Below are positions 54,431-64,000 of a stretch of DNA of 64,000 nt, piece after piece. A model generated the notes under the pieces. The model searched no databases. It saw only the letters and a list, made by a program, of their open reading frames with translations, and was not told the origin of the DNA. The stretch covers positions 864,001-928,000 of the forward strand of contig OZ254086.1 in the NCBI GenBank assembly GCA_965267575.1, given 5' to 3'. Numbering within the stretch: the first letter of the stretch is position 1; every line of letters starts with the position of its first letter. Position numbers and translations under genes: made by a program. This DNA comes from Calditrichales bacterium (GTDB lineage Bacteria; Calditrichota; Calditrichia; Calditrichales; J004).

Positions 54431-57121
54431 TTAAAAGTCAAACGAAACGCCAAACTGTACGCGTCGCGGTTCGGTGTAAAAATCGGGCCGGACGATAAAG
54501 CGCGGATCGGCATCGGCGCCGCTCACGGCACTTTGCAGCGTATAGGTAGCGCGTCCGGTGTCGCCCCAAACAACTTGCTCATTACGCGCGTCCAGCAGAT
54601 TGTAAACTTTCAGGAAAAGCTGAAGCTTTGTCTCCTTATCAAAAAAGTCCAGCGGTATATCTTTAAACAGCTGCATATCCAGTGTTACCAGGTTGGGACG
54701 GCGTTCGCTGTTTTGCTGCAAACCGATGGAACCGGCACTTGTACTGGCCCCGCGCTGCGTGCCCTGTACCGGAGTCGGCGTATATGGCAGCCCGCTCTCA
54801 AAACGTCCCAGCAAACTCAGCCCCCAGGTACCGACACCCACATATATATTACCGTTCAACACGTGGCGGCGATCCCAATCCAACGGAATAATGCTTTTGC
54901 GCGGCTCACGATTAGACTGTATGTCATTGAAAGCATCGGTCGGGTTGGAAGCATTACCTTCAGCAACCTGCATGGTGTAGGAAACGTTGGCCGAGTAATA
55001 ATTGGAAAAACGCTTGTTAAGCGAGAACGTGATGCCGCGGACATTGGCATAATCACGGTTTTCATATTGCGAATAAAGGATATCCGGGCGGTAGGTTTCG
55101 ATCAGCGGCGAGGTGCTTACCCAGTTGCGCACGTCACGATAGAAGCCGGTGACGTCAACGCCGATATCATCCGTCATTTGCTGCTGCAGGCCTATCTCGT
55201 ACATGACCGTGCGCTGCGGCTTCAGATCGGCGTTACCCACCAGGTTGCCCTGGCCGCGCGTAACCTTAAAGCCCGGGTTGGCATAAAGCAGCTGAAATTC
55301 GGGAATCTGCGAAAAGTGGCCGTAAGAAGCATGGATAACGCCTCGCGCACTGATCGGAAACGCCATACCGATACGCGGCGAAACGCTGTATTTGGGATCG
55401 GCCTTCTCATACCAGATGTCTTCCAGCGAAGAGGGTGTATCATCCTGGTACTCTTCTCTCAACGGCGAGAAGCGGCTGGGATCCTGCGGATCGGCAAGCA
55501 CATTACCCTTGGAGTCGAAGTAGTCAAAACGCAAACCGATATTCAGAATAAAGTCGTCATACTCCACTTTGTCCTGGATATAAAAGGCAAACTCAATCGG
55601 CTCAAAGGTATACTGACCAAAATTGATATCTTCTACCGGGGGCCTTATCGGTGTATAAAGCGTGTCCGAAACATTGGAATCGATGATATTGAAATCTTCA
55701 AGATTCAGCTCGTAGCGGCGCGCTTCAAAACCTGTTTTGATAAGGTGCTTATCCGAAATCTGTGACGTAATATCAAACTTCACGATGTCATTCAGGGTAC
55801 TGCGGTTAAAATAATTTGTCTGCTGCCCGCCCTTGGAAAACTGAAAGGCCGAAACGGCAAACTCCTCCGAGGCATTGTCCACATAACGCGGATCGGAAGG
55901 GCTTTCATAAACATATTGTTCGAATTCTTTTTTGAAGCTGGCAAGCTTTAAGGTATAAAACGTGGTTACGTTGATCGTATGGTCAAATGTGAGCGAGCCG
56001 TTATAACCGGTCTGGAACTTTTGGAACTCAGCATCCGGATTGAATTTGTAAAAGTGATTGTAATCCTGCCACTCACGGTCTTCATAATTGAAGCCAAAGC
56101 GCAGCTTCATGCTGGGATTGATCTGGTAGGTCAGTTTATTCTGCGATGTATACCAGCGGTTCCAGTTCATCGCTACAAAAGAGCTGTCGCCCGGCGTACC
56201 ATCCGTGTTAAAAATGCGCTGGCCGTAGAGATAGCCGTCATCGTAACTGTTGCGAAAGTTGGTAAAAAAGGTCAGCCGGCCGTTTGTGAAAGGTACAGGG
56301 CCGCCAACATTTACTTTCCAGTCGTAAAGGTGGCTCGGAGAAACTTCATCTATGTTGGTAAAAAGGCCGTCATCGCTGGATATGTAATCGCCCGTGTAAG
56401 CGGAAACGGAACCTGAATATTTCTGGCCGCCGTCTTTGGTCACAATATTGATAATACCGGACATGGCCTGGCCGTATTCAGCATTAAAGGTTCCGCTGAT
56501 GACCTGCAAGCTCTGAACAGCATCGTTTTCAATTTCCACACCATTACTGCCATCAAAAGCATCGGTCACCGAAACGCCATCCACCCAAAAGGCAACCTCG
56601 GAAGAACGGCCCCCGCGGATATGAAAACCACCGCCGGCATCCCGCGTGATACCCGCCTGCAACTGCAACACATCCTCAAACTCTTCAACCGGTATATTCG
56701 CGATATCGTCTGCCGTCACTTCAGATTGAGATGAAGTCAGGTCCTTACGGATCATATCGCGATCGGCCACAACAACGATCGACTCATCCAGCTCCATGGC
56801 ATCTTCACGTAACTGTGCGTTTTGGCGCGTAGTAAAGTCAACGCTGACCCTTACACCTTCAACGCGTTTTTCCTGATATCCGATGTATTGGAAGACAAGG
56901 GTGTAAACACCCGGCGGGACGTTAAGAATAAGGTAATTACCTTCAAGGTCGGTTGTGGCACCGAGGAAAGTACCGTCTACAAGTACGTTTACTCCGATAA
57001 GCGGTTCACCTGTGCCGGCATCCTCTACGGAGCCAACGATTTTACCGGTCGTACCCGCGCTTGCACTAATGGGAATGAGCAGGCTTATTAATAAACAAGC
57101 CTTGATGATTTTTCGCACCAT
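54431..57121 (-). CDS. TonB-dependent receptor with an N-terminal carboxypeptidase-regulatory-like domain
   Basis: GTTGKI.G.V.D..TGEPL.G.NV; plug HIRGGRSSE...ISGTFNAEYGQAMSGIINIVTK; C-terminal PRRVQFGVSFDF. Confidence 0.95.
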   Translation of the reverse strand: MVRKIIKACLLISLLIPISASAGTTGKIVGSVEDAGTGEPLIGVNVLVDGTFLGATTDLEGNYLILNVPPGVYTLVFQYIGYQEKRVEGVRVSVDFTTRQNAQLREDAMELDESIVVVADRDMIRKDLTSSQSEVTADDIANIPVEEFEDVLQLQAGITRDAGGGFHIRGGRSSEVAFWVDGVSVTDAFDGSNGVEIENDAVQSLQVISGTFNAEYGQAMSGIINIVTKDGGQKYSGSVSAYTGDYISSDDGLFTNIDEVSPSHLYDWKVNVGGPVPFTNGRLTFFTNFRNSYDDGYLYGQRIFNTDGTPGDSSFVAMNWNRWYTSQNKLTYQINPSMKLRFGFNYEDREWQDYNHFYKFNPDAEFQKFQTGYNGSLTFDHTINVTTFYTLKLASFKKEFEQYVYESPSDPRYVDNASEEFAVSAFQFSKGGQQTNYFNRSTLNDIVKFDITSQISDKHLIKTGFEARRYELNLEDFNIIDSNVSDTLYTPIRPPVEDINFGQYTFEPIEFAFYIQDKVEYDDFILNIGLRFDYFDSKGNVLADPQDPSRFSPLREEYQDDTPSSLEDIWYEKADPKYSVSPRIGMAFPISARGVIHASYGHFSQIPEFQLLYANPGFKVTRGQGNLVGNADLKPQRTVMYEIGLQQQMTDDIGVDVTGFYRDVRNWVSTSPLIETYRPDILYSQYENRDYANVRGITFSLNKRFSNYYSANVSYTMQVAEGNASNPTDAFNDIQSNREPRKSIIPLDWDRRHVLNGNIYVGVGTWGLSLLGRFESGLPYTPTPVQGTQRGASTSAGSIGLQQNSERRPNLVTLDMQLFKDIPLDFFDKETKLQLFLKVYNLLDARNEQVVWGDTGRATYTLQSAVSGADADPRFIVRPDFYTEPRRVQFGVSFDF

Positions 57122-57260
57122 GTCCAGAGAGCTCCCTTAGGCTTTTAAGATGTGTTTTTCCTTCCGGAGAAATTGGTCACCCAGTTTTGAGTTACTAATC
57201 TAATAAAAAGTCTAGCTGATAAAAATAAATTTTTAACTTTTTTACCTGGAATTGCTCCTT

Positions 57261-58631
57261 TTACCAGTTGTATTGCTCTCTGACGACTGTAACGATTCGT
57301 GGCACCCTTTGCTGTAAGGCTTGCGGGGAGAGGCCTTCAAGGAGCGCACTGGTATCAACACGGGCGGGATTTTCCTGTCGTATTTCGGCGAGGATATTTT
57401 TGCGGTATTGCCATTCTGTGGGGTTTGCCTCAGCGGCACTAGCCAGCAGGATGGATTTCTGGTATTCGTCAGCGAGAAGTTCGCGACGGTATTTGGTCAT
57501 TTCCTGGCGGAAGCGCGGTGATTCGTCTATACCCAGTTCGCGGGCTTTTTTTAACAGGTAGTGGTCGCGCACCATATCTATAATCTGCCGGGCCATTGCC
57601 GTTTCGGAAAGCACTTCAGGGCGTTTCAGCGGCGGCATCCATTGCAGTTTTTCCATCAGGTCGCCAACGGTCCAGATGCCGTCATCGTATTGAACCAGTT
57701 CCTGATTCATCAGCGCCTCTGCCTCGCTGCGGATCAGTCGTATCTCCCGGTCGCTGATAGTAGGCTCAATTATAAAACGCTGGCCTTCGCTTCGGTCTAC
57801 ATATTTGCGCACCTGCTCCGTAAACTGCTGTAACACGGCTGAAACAATCGTTACCGATTTACCTTTCATTACTTCCTTCACAAAAGCGGCGCTCTCTTTT
57901 GCCGCCCGGCGGTTTTGGACATCTTCAGCAAAGGTCGTGCTGTTGTTCTTGAAATAGTTGCGGTCCAGAAAAAGGTTTTGCTTAACATTCTCCACGCGCA
58001 TTACGTGCCAGCCTCTGGTCGAACGCAGCGGCCGGGAAATCTCGCCGACACGCAAATTATAGACCGGCTCTACCAGGTAAGGGTCCAGGTCACTGACGCG
58101 CAGATAGCCGAGATAACCGCCATTATTTGCCAACGACGTATCACGAAAAGCGCCGCGCGCCAGCGTTTGAAAAGTCTCGCCCGATTGCAGTTTTTTGTAA
58201 TAAGCGGCAGCCTGCTGGCTATCGGGGGCAAAGAGGTGGCGCAGTTCCACACTGATATTTTGACGCTTGTATTCTTCCCAGGCTTCCTCTTCGCTCACTT
58301 CAATCTGGCCCAGCACCTGTTCGCGGTAAAGCTGCTTAAGCATTTCGTTATCGCGGATGTATTGCAAACGCTTTTCAACATGCTGCATGGTGTCCAGCCC
58401 ATAGCGTTCGGCGGCCTGCGCCAGGTAAACGCGGTCAACCATGTGATCAATCTGCTGCAGGTAGGCGCTGCGCAGCGTACTGTTGTTGCGAAAGTCCGGG
58501 TAAAGTGTAAAACGTTCGATAAAGTGTTCGCGCGTTATCGTATCGTCATCCACCCGGGCCACCACATTGGGGTCATCCTTTGTGCCGCAGCCGGCCACAA
58601 CAATCATTAATAAAAACAAAAAATATTTCAT
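57261..58631 (-). CDS. Parvulin-type peptidyl-prolyl isomerase lipoprotein (PrsA/SurA-like)
   Basis: Lipobox VAGC; VVARVD...IT, RHL, F..LA, GGYLG and GEISRPLRS..GWHV motifs. Confidence 0.88.
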   Translation of the reverse strand: MKYFLFLLMIVVAGCGTKDDPNVVARVDDDTITREHFIERFTLYPDFRNNSTLRSAYLQQIDHMVDRVYLAQAAERYGLDTMQHVEKRLQYIRDNEMLKQLYREQVLGQIEVSEEEAWEEYKRQNISVELRHLFAPDSQQAAAYYKKLQSGETFQTLARGAFRDTSLANNGGYLGYLRVSDLDPYLVEPVYNLRVGEISRPLRSTRGWHVMRVENVKQNLFLDRNYFKNNSTTFAEDVQNRRAAKESAAFVKEVMKGKSVTIVSAVLQQFTEQVRKYVDRSEGQRFIIEPTISDREIRLIRSEAEALMNQELVQYDDGIWTVGDLMEKLQWMPPLKRPEVLSETAMARQIIDMVRDHYLLKKARELGIDESPRFRQEMTKYRRELLADEYQKSILLASAAEANPTEWQYRKNILAEIRQENPARVDTSALLEGLSPQALQQRVPRIVTVVREQYNW

Positions 58632-60631
58632 TGCGGATTCTCTTGTTGCTCACGGTAAGTTACTATTTTTTGGCGCAGATTTCGGGCCTGGGTCAGGCTC
58701 GGCTCCAGGCCCAGCGCTTTATCTATCTCGCGGTTGGCGTCTTCAAAGCGCTTCAGGTTGGCGTAGCTCACGGCCTGCAGATAATGAATATTGGCTTTCT
58801 GGAAATCACTGAAATCGCCGGTTTTCATATCGCGGCTTAGCGCCAGGGCCAGGTATTTTACGGCATTGTCAAACTGCTTTGCGAAAACATAGGCCTGGCC
58901 CAGCTTGACCATCAGGTTGGCGTTGGAGGGATCGCGCTCAAGGGCGTGTTTATACCAGCGCGGCGCTTCGCGGAAGTCTTCCTGCAAAGCAGCCAGATCG
59001 CCCAGCTTCATGTGCGGAATATAGTTGTCATAAAAAGCCAGATTTACGGCACGCAATTCATCGAATGCTTTTTTATACTGTTTTTGCGATGTGTAGTATT
59101 CGGCCAGGTCATAATGGGCTTCGCTCCAGGAGATTTCATTTTTCAGGTGGCGGTAAGCCAGGTTTGCCGTTTGCGGGTCAACCGTTTTCGATGGCTTTAT
59201 TTCAAAAGCATCGCCGCCGCTTTTAAAGGGCCAACGGTTTGTTAAAAGCTGCACACGCAAATGGCCGAATTCAAGATCAAGATCCGTAACGCTGCCACGG
59301 GTTTTGCGGTAACCGCTTAAAATATCGTTAATGTTGGATTGTTTGAGCAGCCGCGCTTCGTACGCGATGGGTTTGGGCGGATTTAACACCTGCAGGCGCC
59401 GCATCACCTCAAAGAAGGTCTGAGCCATCAAGCGGTAACCGTCGAAATTGGGATGCAAGTGCTCATGGAACAGGGTGCCGCCGGCAATACCTTTGGGAGA
59501 GGCCGCCTCAAAAACAACGCCCATATCGGCCAGCGGTACGTTATGCTTTTCCGCAACAAAGCCGATGCGCGCGTTTATCGCTTCCGGAGCTCGAAAGCGC
59601 AGCATGTCATGTTCTTTGGCCCGAAGGAATGCTTCACGCGCAGCCAGGCTGTCATCCAGCATCAGCAATGTCTTGCCCATCTCGAAATGGACATTGGCTA
59701 CGGCAGAATCGTTTTGTGCCGTTTCACGCAACAGTTGCAAAGCATCATCCGTGTCACCGTCTTCGCGGACAGATAATGCCCTGAGATATTTTTCGCGCAC
59801 GGCCGGCGCGGAAAAGTCCGCCGAGACAAAGGGCCGCTGGTCCGCCAGGTTGCTGACGAGTGTGCTCAGGATAACCGTAACACTGTCGGACTTGGCCATC
59901 TGTACAATCGCCGAAAGGTTCTCTTCAAAGTTGCGCACACCGGCACGGAAAACCGCATCGTTCTTTTCGATGGTACGGTCTTCCGCCAGCCGCTGCATCA
60001 GCGACGCATTTGCCTCGGAATCCCCGAAAAGCCCAATGGCCCCGTGTATGATATCATTTAAAAGCTGATAAATGCGGTAACGCTTTAAAGCAAAATGGGC
60101 CCGTACAAGCGAGGGGTTTTGTGTAAATGATATGGAAGAGGCCGCCCCGTAAGCGCCGTAAAATTCATTATGCCCCATGTATATAACGATCACATCAGGA
60201 TCGGCCTGCAGCACCTCCGGCATCAGGTCGCGCACGGTGAAGCTGTTCACCGCCGAGATGCCCAGATTGACCACTTCAACATAATGATCCAGCAGAGCGT
60301 TGCGCAGGCGGTACTGCAGCTGAAAGGGGAAGGTGGCATTCACCTCGTAGGGAAAACCGGCCGTGGTGGAACCGCCTAAACAGATCACACGCAACGATTT
60401 TTCCTGGCGCTCAACGTCAAACAGTTCTTCCGCTGCTTCAGGAATAATGTCATCTTTCAGGTCAAAATAGCGCCTGGTTACTTCCCGGTTTACCTGCCAT
60501 TTTTCCTTACCGCCCAGTTCCGTTTTGACAAATAGCGGGTACTCGCCGCCATAACCGGCTACCCTTAAAAAAACTTCACCGATAACAAAAATCAGTACCA
60601 CCGTGACAAACGAAAAGAGAACGCGTTTCAT
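58628..60631 (-). CDS. Membrane-anchored SGNH/GDSL hydrolase-fold protein with TPR repeats
   Basis: TM anchor + E.FLR..GYG; LGGSTTAG, VNLG, YMGHNEFYG, RFRAP and EHLHP motifs; C-terminal TPRs. Confidence 0.85.
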   Translation of the reverse strand: MKRVLFSFVTVVLIFVIGEVFLRVAGYGGEYPLFVKTELGGKEKWQVNREVTRRYFDLKDDIIPEAAEELFDVERQEKSLRVICLGGSTTAGFPYEVNATFPFQLQYRLRNALLDHYVEVVNLGISAVNSFTVRDLMPEVLQADPDVIVIYMGHNEFYGAYGAASSISFTQNPSLVRAHFALKRYRIYQLLNDIIHGAIGLFGDSEANASLMQRLAEDRTIEKNDAVFRAGVRNFEENLSAIVQMAKSDSVTVILSTLVSNLADQRPFVSADFSAPAVREKYLRALSVREDGDTDDALQLLRETAQNDSAVANVHFEMGKTLLMLDDSLAAREAFLRAKEHDMLRFRAPEAINARIGFVAEKHNVPLADMGVVFEAASPKGIAGGTLFHEHLHPNFDGYRLMAQTFFEVMRRLQVLNPPKPIAYEARLLKQSNINDILSGYRKTRGSVTDLDLEFGHLRVQLLTNRWPFKSGGDAFEIKPSKTVDPQTANLAYRHLKNEISWSEAHYDLAEYYTSQKQYKKAFDELRAVNLAFYDNYIPHMKLGDLAALQEDFREAPRWYKHALERDPSNANLMVKLGQAYVFAKQFDNAVKYLALALSRDMKTGDFSDFQKANIHYLQAVSYANLKRFEDANREIDKALGLEPSLTQARNLRQKIVTYREQQENPQ

Positions 60632-60654
60632 GTATACTGTTATGCTCCGTAAGA

Positions 60655-62772
60655 TTATTGTAATGTACCCAGCTGACGGGAAAACTGCCGCAAACCTTCA
60701 TCATCCGGTTTTAGTTGCAGTGCCCGATCGATCCATTGCCGCGCTTCGGCTATGTTGCCTGCCGCCGCCTGTATACGGGCCAGGGCGGCCATAAACGAAA
60801 TTTCTTCGGGATTTTGTCTCAATCCGTCCTGCAAAAGCCTCGCGGCTTCGTTGCCGCGTTGCTGGCGCAGTAAAAGCTGAACAAGGGCCGTCCGTGCGTT
60901 TACGTGTTGCGGATCAAGCTTAAGAGCTTCGCGGAAATCGCTTTCAGCGCGGTCCAGGCTTCGCGGCAGAAGTGAAAAGAGCTGGCCACGGTTAAAGTAA
61001 AGCGGCGCGTAGTCCGGACACATGTCAAGTCCGCGCTGATACCAGGTAAGGCCTTTTTGAAAACGCAGCGCCGCTTCACGCTGCTTTTGTGCACGGGCAT
61101 AGTCCTGGACGAGCGCTGTCTCCAGCAGCCCCAGCCGGTTATAGCCTTCGCAGCTTTCTTCAATGGCAAGCGATGCCTCATATTCGGCGCGCGCGCGCTC
61201 AAGGTCGCCCTCGCTGAAAAGCGCATAGCCGTAGTCCAGATGCAGCAGGTGCAGCGGCAAAGCACGATCAAAAATATAGAGCCTGGCCAGTTTTTCGGTC
61301 TGCTCGTTACCCACGCGGCGGTATGGTGCAACAGGACGACCGCTGTGCGTAAAAGGCCAGTGGTTTTTTAAGCGAAAGGCGGCCATGCCGGCCACTTCAT
61401 GCGATAAGATGGTCAGCTTGTTCATGTCCAGGTAAGCGGAATCGCTCAGGGCCAGCGACCAGTCCCACAACGGCGCAACGAGCCCTCTTTCGGACATGGT
61501 GAGAGCGATGGCTTTTGCCATGGCGTAATAGCCCAGCGCGTTGGGGTGTATGTGCTCCAGAATCAGATTTTCGCCGGGGACGCTGTCCGGTGATGTTTGA
61601 ACGAAGGCCGAAAAGACATCGGCCACGGGCAGGCCTTTGTAGCCGGCCACCTCCTTTATGATCGCATTAAACCGTGACGGTGCGCGGAAGCGGATAACGT
61701 CAAGATCGCGGGCGCGGATAAATGCTGAGAGCGCCCTGCTCTTTTGCCCTTTGGCCAGCAGGTTGCGGGCCAGCCAGTAATGCGCTTCGGCGTAGCTACT
61801 GTCTATTTGCAGGGCTACGTCAAGGTTGCGGATGGCGGCATCAGGCGCGCCTTCGTTGAAAAGTCTTTCACCTGCCTGAACCTGTTTTAAAAGCTCTTCG
61901 CGCGCCGGCTCATTCAACTTTTCCGCGGCTTGCGATCCCAGCGGTGGCAGATCACGCAGGTTGTCGGCCAGTGTGCAAAGCAGCAGCGGCACCTCTTTGT
62001 CTGAAGCAGCATCGGCCAGATCGAGCAGGTTGGCGCGGTAATGTTCCGCGGTGCGGTTCAGCAGGGGACTATCCAACGGTATTTCCGCATCCCGGGCCAC
62101 TGTGCCCATCAGCGTGGCCGGATCGATCACCGACCCGGCATCGATGGATTCGCCAAACAGGGAGATGTAGCTGTTACGCAGCAACAAAAACAGCCGGGAG
62201 CGCTGCAGGCCGAGAAAAAGACGCGTCAGCCCGCGGCTGTCAAACAACGTCAGCCGGGAAGCCGACCCCAAAGCGCCGTAAAATTCGTTATGCCCGCTGT
62301 AAACGATGAGCAGATCAGGCTCATAGCGCTCAAGAATTTCCAGCCCCATGTCCAGAACCGAATGACTGGTAATGGCCGTAACGCCGCAATTGACGATCTC
62401 GAAATCGCGCTGCGGATGAATGGATTCCAGAATATGGCCGAGCATGGCGGGAAAAGATGCGTTGGGCGGATAAGGCACACCCTGCGTGGTGGATGCACCG
62501 AGGCAGAAAATACGATAGGTTTGGGGATTTTTATCCAGGGCAAAGCTCTGGCTGCGCGGGTCCGGCGGCGTAATGCCTTTCTTGAAAAAATAACGCTGCA
62601 TAAAATTGGGGTTGAGCTCATAGCGCGCAGAGTCGCCGCTGCCTTTTGCCACAAACAGAGATGTATCGCCGCCGTAGTCCGCCAGGCGCAGAACACCCTC
62701 GGCTACAAGCAAAAGCACTACAAACAGAGCGACGGTTACAAAACTGAACAGAATTTTTTTAATTGGCGACAC
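60655..62772 (-). CDS. Membrane-anchored SGNH/GDSL hydrolase-fold protein with TPR repeats (paralogue)
   Basis: LGASTTQG, VNCG, YSGHNEFYG, RFRAP and EHIHP motifs; TPRs. Confidence 0.85.
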   Translation of the reverse strand: MSPIKKILFSFVTVALFVVLLLVAEGVLRLADYGGDTSLFVAKGSGDSARYELNPNFMQRYFFKKGITPPDPRSQSFALDKNPQTYRIFCLGASTTQGVPYPPNASFPAMLGHILESIHPQRDFEIVNCGVTAITSHSVLDMGLEILERYEPDLLIVYSGHNEFYGALGSASRLTLFDSRGLTRLFLGLQRSRLFLLLRNSYISLFGESIDAGSVIDPATLMGTVARDAEIPLDSPLLNRTAEHYRANLLDLADAASDKEVPLLLCTLADNLRDLPPLGSQAAEKLNEPAREELLKQVQAGERLFNEGAPDAAIRNLDVALQIDSSYAEAHYWLARNLLAKGQKSRALSAFIRARDLDVIRFRAPSRFNAIIKEVAGYKGLPVADVFSAFVQTSPDSVPGENLILEHIHPNALGYYAMAKAIALTMSERGLVAPLWDWSLALSDSAYLDMNKLTILSHEVAGMAAFRLKNHWPFTHSGRPVAPYRRVGNEQTEKLARLYIFDRALPLHLLHLDYGYALFSEGDLERARAEYEASLAIEESCEGYNRLGLLETALVQDYARAQKQREAALRFQKGLTWYQRGLDMCPDYAPLYFNRGQLFSLLPRSLDRAESDFREALKLDPQHVNARTALVQLLLRQQRGNEAARLLQDGLRQNPEEISFMAALARIQAAAGNIAEARQWIDRALQLKPDDEGLRQFSRQLGTLQ

Positions 62773-62920
62773 GCTTCTTCCGCTGCTAAAAATGTAAAGA
62801 TGGTTATTTTAATAAAATCGTATTGCAAAAAAAAGACAGCGCCGGCTCTCTTTGGGGCCGCCCTTTACGCGTTTCCGTGAATTGCGTATTTTGCTTTTTT
62901 CTTTAAATGACCTGTCAACG

Positions 62921-64000
62921 ATGCACAAAAAAAGCCTGTTCCAGATAATTACTGTTTTTCTCGTCGTCCTTCTTCTGGCGCTTGTGGAAGGCGCGCTGAG
63001 GTTGTTCGGCTACGGGGATGATCTGTCTGTTTTTTACCGTCACCCGCAGTTGACGGACTACTATTTTATAAACCCTAACACCGGACGCCGCTATTTTCCT
63101 CGGGCCGAAGAGAAACCGCTGGTTTCGGGTGATGCGTTCCGTGTGCAAAAGCCGGAAAACGGTCTTCGCCTGTTTGTTTTCGGTGGCTCCAGCGCTGCAG
63201 GATATCCCTGGTTCCACAATGGCGCTTTCAGCCGCATGCTGCGTGACCGACTCAGCGATCTCTATCCGCAGCGTATCATCGAGGTGGTGAACGTGGCCAT
63301 GCCCGCCGTTAACTCCTACACCATCGTGGATCTGGCCGGCACGGTGGCGCGCTACGACGCGGACATTTTTTTGGTTTACGCCGGTCACAACGAGTTTTAC
63401 GGCGCATTAGGCGTTGCTTCTTCGGAAACAGTTGGCGGAAAGCGCTTCCTGATAAAAACCTACCTGGCCTTGCAGCATGTGCGATTGTTTCAGTTGCTGC
63501 AGGATGGCATTGGCGGTGTTGCCGGGTGGTTTGGCGGTAAAGCGCCCGCCGGCCGCGACGACCGTACTTTGATGGAACGTATGGTGGACGAGCAACGGAT
63601 CGCCTATGGCAGCGCGCGCTACGAAAAAGCCATGGAGATCTTCGGGCAAAATATGAATGAATTTGCGCGGATTGCGCGTGAAAATAATATCACCGTTTTT
63701 TTCAGCGAAGTTGTAAGCAACGAAAGTGACCAGCCGCCTTTTGAACCCGTTGAGAATACGCCCTTTACAAACACCTGGCTGGATTCGCTGCCGCAGTCGC
63801 CGGGCTATGACACGATAAAAGATTACCTTCAGAAGCAGCCCGGAGATGCTGCCCTGCACTACCGGCTGGCACGGCAACTCGCGCAAGACAGCCTGTACGG
63901 ACAGGCTGCGCGTCATTTCACATTTGCCAAAGACCTGGACGGCCTGCGTTTCCGGGCCAGCGAAGACATCAACAGGATCATTCGGCGCGTCGCCCGCACA
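62921..64000 (+). CDS. Third SGNH-TPR paralogue, divergent, truncated by the right edge
   Basis: Not in the ORF track. Manual translation MHKKSLFQIITVFLVVLLLALVEGALRLFGYG...FGGSSAAGYP...YAGHNEFYGALG...DLDGLRFRASE, open to the window end. Confidence 0.85.
   Translation, partial: MHKKSLFQIITVFLVVLLLALVEGALRLFGYGDDLSVFYRHPQLTDYYFINPNTGRRYFPRAEEKPLVSGDAFRVQKPENGLRLFVFGGSSAAGYPWFHNGAFSRMLRDRLSDLYPQRIIEVVNVAMPAVNSYTIVDLAGTVARYDADIFLVYAGHNEFYGALGVASSETVGGKRFLIKTYLALQHVRLFQLLQDGIGGVAGWFGGKAPAGRDDRTLMERMVDEQRIAYGSARYEKAMEIFGQNMNEFARIARENNITVFFSEVVSNESDQPPFEPVENTPFTNTWLDSLPQSPGYDTIKDYLQKQPGDAALHYRLARQLAQDSLYGQAARHFTFAKDLDGLRFRASEDINRIIRRVART

Noticed and set aside
54191-55765. 524-aa plus-strand ORF, and similar long antisense ORFs such as 22872-23882, 24069-25100 and 52289-53245
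   Set aside because: These are antisense shadows of well-supported genes, with no recognisable motifs.
62915-63916. Two minus-strand ORFs (157 aa and 169 aa) at the right edge
   Set aside because: They are antisense to the plus-strand SGNH-TPR gene starting at 62921, which the track missed because it has no stop inside the window.

Overview
Chromosomal window with no phage, CRISPR array or transposase. The host is probably a diderm bacterium of the Calditrichota/FCB-adjacent type; this is inferred from T9SS-type C-terminal domains and PorV occurring alongside strong GGAGG Shine-Dalgarno sites, HprK and DUF494. The left part (0-17 kb) is housekeeping: tRNA-Phe, MlaD, a permease-less mannose-class PTS IIA/IIB with hprK, hpf, xerC, a topA inverted between smg and xerC, and a glcD-glcF-OMP-holC-UvrD/DEDDh-exonuclease fusion-recJ run. 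The middle (16-39 kb) is accessory: a small secreted protein ending in TWGAIK, an orphan EGKCG-repeat (HvfA-like) RiPP precursor, duplicated OM beta-barrels sharing an upstream motif, a 1711-aa cation-chloride-cotransporter/P-loop NTPase fusion coupled to a small MscS-like gene, RecQ, USP, a cytochrome c-YceI-DUF5777 trio, and a sigma54-activator/Ser-Thr kinase operon. The right part (39-64 kb) is an alpha-glucan utilisation locus without SusD: TonB receptor, a 1161-aa CTD-bearing secreted protein, a dedicated PorV-like barrel, a tandem-repeat CTD protein, a DUF5989 microprotein, an SSS symporter, a CBM48-esterase, TrmB and two GH13s, preceded by a parvulin PPIase and three SGNH-TPR paralogues. 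A cluster of perfect DnaA boxes lies inside this locus at about 45.4-45.6 kb. All family assignments come from motif recognition by eye; no database searches were run.
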